Below, in pieces: positions 25,766-32,590 of a stretch of 47,458 bases of DNA. Source of the DNA: a virus (Duplodnaviria > Caudoviricetes); the IMG/VR virus record IMGVR_UViG_3300032219_000617, positions 1 through 47,458 of that record. One strand, 5' to 3'. Below the pieces are notes generated by a model that saw nothing but the letters and a program-made list of their open reading frames with translations, did no database searches and was not told the origin of the DNA. Within the stretch, counting starts at the first letter, position 1; each line of letters opens with the position of its first letter. Made by a program: the position numbers and the translations under genes.

Positions 25766-26112
25766 TTTTCCTTCTCAGTTATGGTGACTTTGAGCATTCC
25801 GCCAATTTCGTCAGCCCAGCGAATGCGTAGGTCGGTTATCTGGGAGTCATCCTTCCAGATGCCTGCGTAGGTGAGGGCATCTAAAGGCGCTTTGAAAAGA
25901 TTGTCCAAATCCCTGCGTCTTTTATCTGGGCGGTAAGCCAGAATATCCACGCATACAGCACCCTCTATTGGCTCAACCATGGGCAAGTAACCGAACAATT
26001 GTTCGACCACCTCCCGATAATCCCTGCCTTTGGCTGAGATAAGCATGCGCCCTTTAAATGTACGCCAGTAGGTATTGACGGACGGTGGAAAGGGCAAGGT
26101 GACTTGTATCAT
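25762..26112 (-). CDS. rusA: RusA-family Holliday junction resolvase
   Basis: LPFPPSVNTYWR...PDKRRRDLDNLFKAPLDALT.AGIWKDDSQI. Confidence 0.92.
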   Translation of the reverse strand: MIQVTLPFPPSVNTYWRTFKGRMLISAKGRDYREVVEQLFGYLPMVEPIEGAVCVDILAYRPDKRRRDLDNLFKAPLDALTYAGIWKDDSQITDLRIRWADEIGGMLKVTITEKEK

Positions 26113-26381
26113 TGCTTGACTTGGCTAGGAATGCGGTTACGGATGGCGGTAGCTACATTACGGATGGCGGTGCAGGTTTCCCCTTCCTCCTCTTCGTCAG
26201 CCATCTTATCCACCAGCTGGGCGCAATACTCACGCTCCATCATGACTGCTGTACGGGACGCTTCAATAGCCATGGTCATGATTTCAGCCTTAGCCAAGGC
26301 GAGTTCATTATCAAACTCCTCTTGTGTAAACAGCTGGTTTCCAACCCCTTTGGCTAAGAATTGCTTCTGAAAGTCGCTCAT
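26109..26381 (-). CDS. Hypothetical protein
   Basis: Probable start MSDFQKQ just after the upstream stop. ERE.CA...A.AIR pattern common in small phage proteins. Confidence 0.6.
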   Translation of the reverse strand: MSDFQKQFLAKGVGNQLFTQEEFDNELALAKAEIMTMAIEASRTAVMMEREYCAQLVDKMADEEEEGETCTAIRNVATAIRNRIPSQVKQ

Positions 26382-26382
26382 A

Positions 26383-26769
26383 TCAGGCACGGTTTTTCCA
26401 ATCATTCAAAATGGTTAATAACAAGTTACGAAAGTGGTTCTTGCTGACCAGCTCGCCAGGTTGGTAGCGGTTAATAAACAACTGCAAAGGGTCAGTAATG
26501 TCTTGGTCATTTGGCTTTGCATCTGGCAATACATCGGTAGGATGGGGCGCTTTAGAGGCTTGCTCCCCATAAATCATGGGTGTCAGAGCGTAATCCTCCC
26601 CGATAATTCGCAGTTCATCGATGGTCAATGGAGTCTCAGGAACAACCTCTACAACCACAGGTTCGGGGTCTCGCCCCTGTTCCCCTTGTTCCACTGTTCC
26701 AATATGTCCTTCTCCAGTTTTAATCTTCTTTTTTGCACTGCTGGTTGGTTTAGAAATTGTCTTAGCCAT
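26383..26769 (-). CDS. Hypothetical protein
   Basis: 128 aa, GAGGA SD, first 121 nt overlap the upstream ORF in another frame. Confidence 0.55.
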   Translation of the reverse strand: MAKTISKPTSSAKKKIKTGEGHIGTVEQGEQGRDPEPVVVEVVPETPLTIDELRIIGEDYALTPMIYGEQASKAPHPTDVLPDAKPNDQDITDPLQLFINRYQPGELVSKNHFRNLLLTILNDWKNRA

Positions 26770-26861
26770 TCTTTTCCTCTCAATCGTCTTTCGTTCAAAA
26801 TAAATCTAACTTCGCACTGATGCCTGTACTCTTCACTGTAAATAAAGCTGGATTTTTCCAT
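26649..26861 (-). CDS. Small conserved phage protein
   Basis: EEYRHQCEVR...QWNKGNRG..W pattern, which I recall recurring after phage helicase genes. Confidence 0.6.
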   Translation of the reverse strand: MEKSSFIYSEEYRHQCEVRFILNERRLRGKEWLRQFLNQPAVQKRRLKLEKDILEQWNKGNRGETPNLWL

Positions 26862-27744
26862 GCATTTCCCCTACATACTGCTGGCTGTCGCCCTCAAACC
26901 AAAGTGGCATACGACCTTCCCACTCTCCATTACGCTGTTTCTCACACATTAGGAAAGCATCCGCAACCGTTTCATCAGTTGAACCATTTTCCTGCCGTTC
27001 CACAGCCTTACCTTTATTGCGCCAGACAATAAAAACATTATCAACTTGGTCGGAAATCGACCCCGACCCCTTGAGGTCAAATTTGCCCGGTAAATGCTTT
27101 TCATCAGAACCTTTTCGCATGTGGTGAACCAGATGAATATGCATTCCAGTATCTTGAGCAATAGAGCAAAGCGCATTAACAAAATCTTTTTGACCATTGA
27201 AGTCATCCTCCCCTTTCACGCACTTCATTAAAGAATCAATCACAATATGCTGGACACCCAGCTCAGCTGAGGCATAACGGCACACAGCCAGCATGGATTC
27301 GGTGTTAATCATGCCGTGGTGGTCAAGCAGGTAAAGGTGGTTTTTTTTCCAATTGTCAAAGCTTAGTAGAGCGAGTGGGGATGGTATACGCATACCCGTA
27401 GCCTGCCTAGCCATGCGAGCTAAGGTAATCTCTGGGCGCATCTCAAAGCTGGCAATCAAGCACTTCTGACCCTGTTGGATTAAGGACAGAACACATTGAC
27501 CGAGCAAAAGGCTTTTGCCATGTCCGTTAATCCCAGCCCAGACAGATACTTCGGAAGGGCGTAACCCGACAAATAAACCATGAGTATCCCAAGGTAAATG
27601 AGAGCCACGAGCAATAAGACCTCCTTCAAAGTACTTACGCACTTCCTCAGAGTAATAGGATTTCTCCTTAACTTTTCGTGAATTCTGCGTGCCTTGCTCG
27701 TACTCTTCCCAATTAATGTCGTCAAATTCAATTACGCTCTCCAT
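26833..27744 (-). CDS. SF4 replicative helicase (T7 gp4/Twinkle-type, no primase domain)
   Basis: AGINGHGKS (H1), SFEM (H1a), IVIDSL (H2), LVHHMRK (H3), KGSGSISDQVDN (H4), EKQRNG. Confidence 0.88.
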   Translation of the reverse strand: MESVIEFDDINWEEYEQGTQNSRKVKEKSYYSEEVRKYFEGGLIARGSHLPWDTHGLFVGLRPSEVSVWAGINGHGKSLLLGQCVLSLIQQGQKCLIASFEMRPEITLARMARQATGMRIPSPLALLSFDNWKKNHLYLLDHHGMINTESMLAVCRYASAELGVQHIVIDSLMKCVKGEDDFNGQKDFVNALCSIAQDTGMHIHLVHHMRKGSDEKHLPGKFDLKGSGSISDQVDNVFIVWRNKGKAVERQENGSTDETVADAFLMCEKQRNGEWEGRMPLWFEGDSQQYVGEMHGKIQLYLQ

Positions 27745-28064
27745 TCGTTAACCTCGTTATCTGCATCTACTCCGATTAAAAAAGATGGTTGTGCATCAAC
27801 CACCGCACACCACCATTTAGCAAACTCTTCATTACTTGCATCCATAGCCAAAAGCTGTATTTTTAGCCCTTTGACCCAGCTCAAATCAGCCTTCTTTGGG
27901 CTTATACCGCCCGTATATACCGTAGGGCTCTGGTTCATCAAAATGGCGTTCTCAGGGTCTTCATAGGGGTATTTGACCTTTGGGTATGGGGCAATCTCAA
28001 TAAACACCGTTGTGGGCTTACGGAAGTTCTTACGAAGGTTAATGATTTGCTTATGTCCGAGCAT
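27732..28064 (-). CDS. Hypothetical protein between initiator and helicase
   Basis: 110 aa, overlap-coupled on both sides. Confidence 0.6.
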   Translation of the reverse strand: MLGHKQIINLRKNFRKPTTVFIEIAPYPKVKYPYEDPENAILMNQSPTVYTGGISPKKADLSWVKGLKIQLLAMDASNEEFAKWWCAVVDAQPSFLIGVDADNEVNEWRA

Positions 28065-28761
28065 AGGTAACCCCCTTCATTAAATTTGCGCCCGTGGATG
28101 TGGTCTTCTTGGCATCCTCTCTGGCATAGACAGTCGTCCAAGAGCTGGCAATAGCTGTATCCAGCAATTTGATGGGGTCATAGCCTTGGCTCACAAAAGC
28201 CTGTAGTTGGTTAAGGAATTTAGTCATTGCCAAATCAGACATTGGTTTCTTAGAACTACGACGGTATTCCAACCACTCCTGCCAATTTTTCTCTGGTAGC
28301 CAAGCTGGTAACTCAATTTTTGCGTTCCCTACAGATGGTTTATGGTTCTTGGTTATTGGTTTATGGTTAGCATTCCCTTCGGATTGCGTTTGCAATGCGT
28401 TCGCATTACCTTCGGATTGCTTACGCTTAGAACCCTTATGTTTATTGCCCCAACGGGCGTTTGCAGATGCTCTAGCCTTGGCTGATTTGCCATGGTATTG
28501 AGCAATAATCTCATTACAACGCTTGTGAATGTAGCCCTTTTCTGTCAACTCAAAGAAGTCAGTCAATACATTTTGAAGCGCTTGCTGTTCATCCGCACTG
28601 CGAACGCTATGCGAACGCATAAGCTTTGCAAGGTCATTGCATAAAGGCAATTCGTCCAAATAATAACTGTCTAGAAGCTGTCGATAAATACCATGCTCTA
28701 ACAGAGTAAGGTGAGAAGTATCTTTACGATAGTCACCAATGTTATGTTGATAGTAGTGCAT
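28051..28761 (-). CDS. YdaU/DUF1376-family replication initiator
   Basis: MHYYQHNIGDYRKDTSHLTLLEHGIYRQLLDSYY N-terminus and C-terminal LPAWL...WQEWLEYR domain. Confidence 0.85.
   Translation of the reverse strand: MHYYQHNIGDYRKDTSHLTLLEHGIYRQLLDSYYLDELPLCNDLAKLMRSHSVRSADEQQALQNVLTDFFELTEKGYIHKRCNEIIAQYHGKSAKARASANARWGNKHKGSKRKQSEGNANALQTQSEGNANHKPITKNHKPSVGNAKIELPAWLPEKNWQEWLEYRRSSKKPMSDLAMTKFLNQLQAFVSQGYDPIKLLDTAIASSWTTVYAREDAKKTTSTGANLMKGVTYART
28336..28420. repeat. Putative replication origin repeats inside initiator gene
   Basis: GCATT(C/A)CCTTCGGATTGC at 28370-28387 and 28403-28420 (17/18 identical), beside five TGGTT units at 7-bp spacing (28336-28368). Confidence 0.55.
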
Positions 28762-28763
28762 GA

Positions 28764-28961
28764 TTACTTCCCGAATAGGTCAGGGCGCAACATTTCGGCA
28801 GTCAATCTTCCTTGTGACAATTGTTCAATTCTCTTTACATGCTTAATTGGGATTTGACCCCTTTTGACCCATTGGTACAAAGCCGTTTCCTTCATACGCA
28901 GTAAGCTTGCCAGCTGGGTTAGTGTTCCAAATTCAATCTTTAATGCATCAAATGGTGACAT
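28764..28961 (-). CDS. Cro/YdaS-like HTH transcription regulator
   Basis: FGTLTQLASLL...ALYQWVKRGQIP...IEQLSQG.LT...LRPDLF, AAGGAG SD, first gene of the leftward operon. Confidence 0.85.
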   Translation of the reverse strand: MSPFDALKIEFGTLTQLASLLRMKETALYQWVKRGQIPIKHVKRIEQLSQGRLTAEMLRPDLFGK

Positions 28962-29102
28962 GTTTGTACTCTCCTTGAAGTAAGAATATAACCTAATTTT
29001 GATTTATGTAAATATTTTTTTTGATAGGTGTAAATACTAGTGCAATTATTTTAAATCATGTTAATATTCTCAGTACGACATGGTGTCGTTAAGGAGAAAA
29101 TT
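28962..29102. promoter_or_regulatory. Divergent early promoter region
   Basis: Very AT-rich gap between divergent operons. Contains a TAGGTGTAAATACTAG box, TGtTAATAT extended -10 on +, and an ACGACA-TGG-TGTCGT hairpin before an AAGGAG SD. Confidence 0.65.
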
Positions 29103-29309
29103 ATGACTGATGCAGAAATGTTTCACGCAGAACGGGAGCGAGAGTTCCTTTTAGAACGGGCTCTGGAGCGTGCAGAGAAAAACCAAGCAACCGCTGAAGA
29201 CTTAGAAATCATTCGATTCGAGTGCGGTAAATCAAAACAACCATGCCACTCACAGCAAGTCCTTACGGATGTTTTTGCTGACTTTGGCAATATCTTTGGA
29301 AAGGCTTAA
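29103..29309 (+). CDS. Hypothetical protein
   Basis: Start moved to ATG 29103 (MTDAEMF) behind AAGGAG. Confidence 0.65.
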   Translation: MTDAEMFHAEREREFLLERALERAEKNQATAEDLEIIRFECGKSKQPCHSQQVLTDVFADFGNIFGKA

Positions 29310-29311
29310 TT

Positions 29312-29950
29312 ATGGCTATCATCGCATCATCAAGTGGCGGAACTGACTTTCAACTAGCTCCAGCAGGCAACCATCTCGCTAGATGTTACCGCATCGTAGA
29401 TATGGGCAGCCATCAGAACTCGTATGGCAATGTCCTACGCAAAATCCTGATTAGCTGGGAGCTCCACGGGGAGGACGAAAACGGTCTTGGGCTATCTACC
29501 CCTGACGGTAAACCTCTCATGGTCTCTGGAAACTACACCCTATCCTTGTCAGAAAAGGCAACATTGCGTGCTTTGCTGGAGGCGTGGCGCAATAAGCCCT
29601 TTACCCTAGAGGAGCTCAACGGATTCGATATAACCGCCCTGCTAGACAAATGGTGCATGCTGACCATCGTCCACGAAACCAGCAACAAGAACCAAAAAAC
29701 CTACGCCAATGTAAAGACTGTTGCCCCTGTACCGCAAGCCATTAAAAAGAACGGTTTGCCAGAAGGGATTAACAAGATTGTTAGCGTTTCCCTAGAGCCT
29801 GATGCCTTTGACAGAGGATTGTTTGACGCTTTGTCTGACGGTCTCAAGAAGAAGATTCAGGAATCCCCTGAGTACAAGAGGCTTGGTGGCGGTTCTGTTT
29901 CTAAACCAGCAGTTGACTTGGCAAGTCTTGATGACGATGTCCCATTCTAA
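29312..29950 (+). CDS. Phage single-stranded DNA-binding-like protein
   Basis: PAGNHLARCYRIVDMG...YTLSLSEKATLR...YANV and acidic C-terminal tail DDDVPF. Confidence 0.75.
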   Translation: MAIIASSSGGTDFQLAPAGNHLARCYRIVDMGSHQNSYGNVLRKILISWELHGEDENGLGLSTPDGKPLMVSGNYTLSLSEKATLRALLEAWRNKPFTLEELNGFDITALLDKWCMLTIVHETSNKNQKTYANVKTVAPVPQAIKKNGLPEGINKIVSVSLEPDAFDRGLFDALSDGLKKKIQESPEYKRLGGGSVSKPAVDLASLDDDVPF

Positions 29951-29959
29951 GGAGCAATA

Positions 29960-30439
29960 ATGTTTATCACTAAATCGGAAAAAGAGTCTCTAGTAGAGAC
30001 ATCACTCAATCTAGGCGACAAAGTTCTTAAATTAGAGGCAGAGCTCAATGCAATTAAAGCCATACTCAAGAAGTCTCCTTCTTGGGCGTGGGTTGAGAAC
30101 CTTGAGAAAAAGTCTATGGCTATAGAAAATAGAATTGAAACATCCGCCAAGAATCAAGTAAAGAAAAATACTGAAATCATGGCATCTGTAAAAATTATGG
30201 AAGAAAAGGTTGAGTCCAATCGTAAGTTTATCCATGATGTTTTTGCAGAAGTTTTAGCTAGAGACGCTGAAAGAATGGACAAAATTGCTTTTTCTCCAGC
30301 GGATGTAAAGGTAGAGGTAAAAAAACCTATAACACGCAGTTGGCTTTTAAATAAAAAAGTTGAAGAAAAGTCCACGCAAAAACTAGTTATTGCGAAAAAG
30401 CGTGGTCGTCCGCTAGGTTCTAAAAACAAAGCTAAATGA
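29960..30439 (+). CDS. Coiled-coil protein with C-terminal AT-hook
   Basis: AAGGAG SD, heptad-rich body, KKRGRPLGSKNK at the C-terminus. Confidence 0.7.
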   Translation: MFITKSEKESLVETSLNLGDKVLKLEAELNAIKAILKKSPSWAWVENLEKKSMAIENRIETSAKNQVKKNTEIMASVKIMEEKVESNRKFIHDVFAEVLARDAERMDKIAFSPADVKVEVKKPITRSWLLNKKVEEKSTQKLVIAKKRGRPLGSKNKAK

Positions 30440-31707
30440 AATTCATTGAACTGTTTGCTGGCATAGGCGGATTCAGGCTTGGGCTCGAAAGAGCTGGGCA
30501 TGAATGCGTCTGGTCAAACGAAATCGTAGAGAAAGCCAGAAGTATCTACGAACACAACTTTAAGGACGCTCCAGATGGACGAGACATCAGAACAATTCAG
30601 CCTGATGAAATCCCCGATTGTGACTTACTCGTTGGAGGATTTCCGTGTGCGACTTTTTCAGTTGCTGGACGAAGAACAGGATTCGGCACAGAAGATACAC
30701 GAGGTACACTCTTTTTTGAAATCTGCCGAATCCTCAGTAGTAAAAGAATCCCATATGTATTCCTTGAGAATGTTAAGGGGCTTCTCAACCACGACGGAGG
30801 ACGAACATTTGGAGTCATCATTGCCAGTTTGGATGAACTGGGGTATGACATCCAATGGGAGTGTGTTAACAGCAAGAATTTTGGAGTCCCACAGAATCGG
30901 GAACGAGTATTTATTGTCGGAAGTCTTAGAGGACACCCCCGACCCGAAGTATTTCCTCTCGGAAGGTGCTTTGCAGAGAATGCAGAATCGAGCTCAGCAT
31001 CACAAGGAGAAGGGGAACGGGTTCGGTCAAGTTATTTACCAACGCTCGACGCACACTATTACAAAGGTGGAGGCACAAGAGCAGTCATTGACGAAGGACT
31101 CGCCTCAGATGGACATGTTCGGGCTACCCACTGGAGACGAAACCACTTCAGAGATGTAAAGGGTGACTACACACCTACCCTGACAGCGAACATGGGTACA
31201 GGCGGAAACAATGTTCCATACATCGTTAAAGCTGTATTGACTCCTGACAGGGATAGTAAGCGCCAGAATGGTAGACGCATCAAGGAGCATAACGAGCCAG
31301 CATTTACTCTGACCGCTCAAGACAGGCACGGAATTCTTATTGAGAACAACTGGTCTGCAATTGGGGTAAGAAGGACGGAGGAAGGTAAGGAACTAAGAAG
31401 AGAATTAAAGGACAAAAACACCAAGGGAAAGGGTTTGATGCAACATCGAGAGCTGTATGCAAAAGACCCAGCAGAGCCACATGCAACAATCTCTGCTAAT
31501 CCTGAGAAGACATTTGGTGTTACGAATGGTACTCAGCTTAGAAAGCTTACTCCTCTTGAATGCGAGCGCCTCCAATCCCTTCCAGATAACTGGACAAAGT
31601 GGTATCGAGATGGGTCATTAGTCTCTGACAATCAGCGTTATGAGCGTTGTGGCAGAGCTGTGACAGTCAATGTAATTTACGAAATAGCAAAGAGGTTACC
31701 AATATGA
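30436..31707 (+). CDS. DNA cytosine-C5 methyltransferase family enzyme, candidate carboxymethyltransferase
   Basis: Motif I ELFAGIGG, IV GGFPC71, VI ENV, VIII QNRERVFIVG, IX RKLTPLECERLQ, X YERCGR407AV (canonical GN[SA]V). Confidence 0.93.
   Translation: MKFIELFAGIGGFRLGLERAGHECVWSNEIVEKARSIYEHNFKDAPDGRDIRTIQPDEIPDCDLLVGGFPCATFSVAGRRTGFGTEDTRGTLFFEICRILSSKRIPYVFLENVKGLLNHDGGRTFGVIIASLDELGYDIQWECVNSKNFGVPQNRERVFIVGSLRGHPRPEVFPLGRCFAENAESSSASQGEGERVRSSYLPTLDAHYYKGGGTRAVIDEGLASDGHVRATHWRRNHFRDVKGDYTPTLTANMGTGGNNVPYIVKAVLTPDRDSKRQNGRRIKEHNEPAFTLTAQDRHGILIENNWSAIGVRRTEEGKELRRELKDKNTKGKGLMQHRELYAKDPAEPHATISANPEKTFGVTNGTQLRKLTPLECERLQSLPDNWTKWYRDGSLVSDNQRYERCGRAVTVNVIYEIAKRLPI
30575..31159 (+). CDS. 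Nested +1-frame ORF, probable second (beta-type) MTase polypeptide
   Basis: 194 codons open inside the MTase gene. TAAGGA SD 8 nt before the ATG. Encodes LLSEVLEDTPDPKYFLS...AQHHKEKGNGFG. Confidence 0.7.
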   Translation: MDETSEQFSLMKSPIVTYSLEDFRVRLFQLLDEEQDSAQKIHEVHSFLKSAESSVVKESHMYSLRMLRGFSTTTEDEHLESSLPVWMNWGMTSNGSVLTARILESHRIGNEYLLSEVLEDTPDPKYFLSEGALQRMQNRAQHHKEKGNGFGQVIYQRSTHTITKVEAQEQSLTKDSPQMDMFGLPTGDETTSEM

Positions 31708-31943
31708 AAGCATATCCACAAAATGAAGCAACTATGCACATAGATTTGCCTTTAGAAACTCAACAAGGCATGGATTTACGAGATTATTTTGCTGCTAAAG
31801 CTATGCAAGGTATGGTGACATGGAATTTAAAAGACATGGTCAAAAATGCTAATGCATTTGGTGAGGAGCCTGTTGACTATTTAGTTCGGAATGCTTATTC
31901 AATAGCTGATGCAATGTTAGAAGTTAGGAAAGAAAAAAAATGA
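31704..31943 (+). CDS. Small conserved phage protein (GMxLRDYFAAKAM family)
   Basis: Start MKAYPQ at the ATGA overlap, GMDLRDYFAAKAMQG...AYSIADAML. Confidence 0.8.
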   Translation: MKAYPQNEATMHIDLPLETQQGMDLRDYFAAKAMQGMVTWNLKDMVKNANAFGEEPVDYLVRNAYSIADAMLEVRKEKK

Positions 31944-32590
31944 AAGATTGGTCATTTGAAGGATTTGCCAACGACTTTGATTCACATGTTCGTGAGCAAC
32001 TTCCGTGGTACGAGCTGGTAACGGAGTCAGTCGCCTACATTGCAAGGAACTATTTGCCAACCTACGGTCTTATCTACGACATTGGGTGCTCAACTGGGAA
32101 CATGTCAAAAGCATTGTTGCCCTTGATTGATGAGCGCACAGGAAAAATTCTGGCGCTAGATAACGATGACTCCATGGTCAAGGTTTACCAGCACAACATC
32201 ATTCACAACCGTATCGGAGTTCTACAGTCAAAAGCTGAGGATTACGAATACGATGAATTTGATGTGGCTATTGTGTTCTTGACAGCTATGTTTTTGCCAG
32301 TAGAAAAGCAATCAAATTTAATTGACAAGCTGTATGGCAAGCTCAAAACAGGTGGAGCAATCATCATCGTAGACAAGGTTTGCGAAGAAGATGGTTACTT
32401 CTCTACCGTCATGAAGCGTTTAACAATGTATTGGAAGCTCAAGAATGGAGCTCATCCAGAGGACATTATCAATAAAGAATTAAGTCTTTCAGGTATTCAG
32501 CGCCCACTCAATGCTGATTTATTGCATTGTTTTAGGGCTAAACAATTTTTTCAACTAGGTGAATTTAAAGGGTGGGTAATAGAAAAATGA
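31940..32590 (+). CDS. CmoA-like (carboxy-SAM synthase family) class I SAM-binding protein
   Basis: DWSF...FDSHVREQLPWY, IYDIGCSTG, ALDND, T.MFL, KL..GGAIIIVDK, K..NG...DII.K and FFQ...F.G follow the CmoA pattern over the whole length. Confidence 0.82.
   Translation: MKDWSFEGFANDFDSHVREQLPWYELVTESVAYIARNYLPTYGLIYDIGCSTGNMSKALLPLIDERTGKILALDNDDSMVKVYQHNIIHNRIGVLQSKAEDYEYDEFDVAIVFLTAMFLPVEKQSNLIDKLYGKLKTGGAIIIVDKVCEEDGYFSTVMKRLTMYWKLKNGAHPEDIINKELSLSGIQRPLNADLLHCFRAKQFFQLGEFKGWVIEK

Noticed and set aside
30436-31159. Programmed frameshift fusing the MTase N-terminus to the nested ORF segment
   Set aside because: The Dcm-like segment begins on the same nucleotides as motif VIII, so one chain cannot contain both, and a shift would lose motifs IX-X.
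31940-32590. CmoA-like gene as a tRNA-modification auxiliary gene
   Set aside because: No CmoB-like gene or tRNA is visible, and coupling to an Arg-variant DNA MTase explains it better. Not formally excluded.
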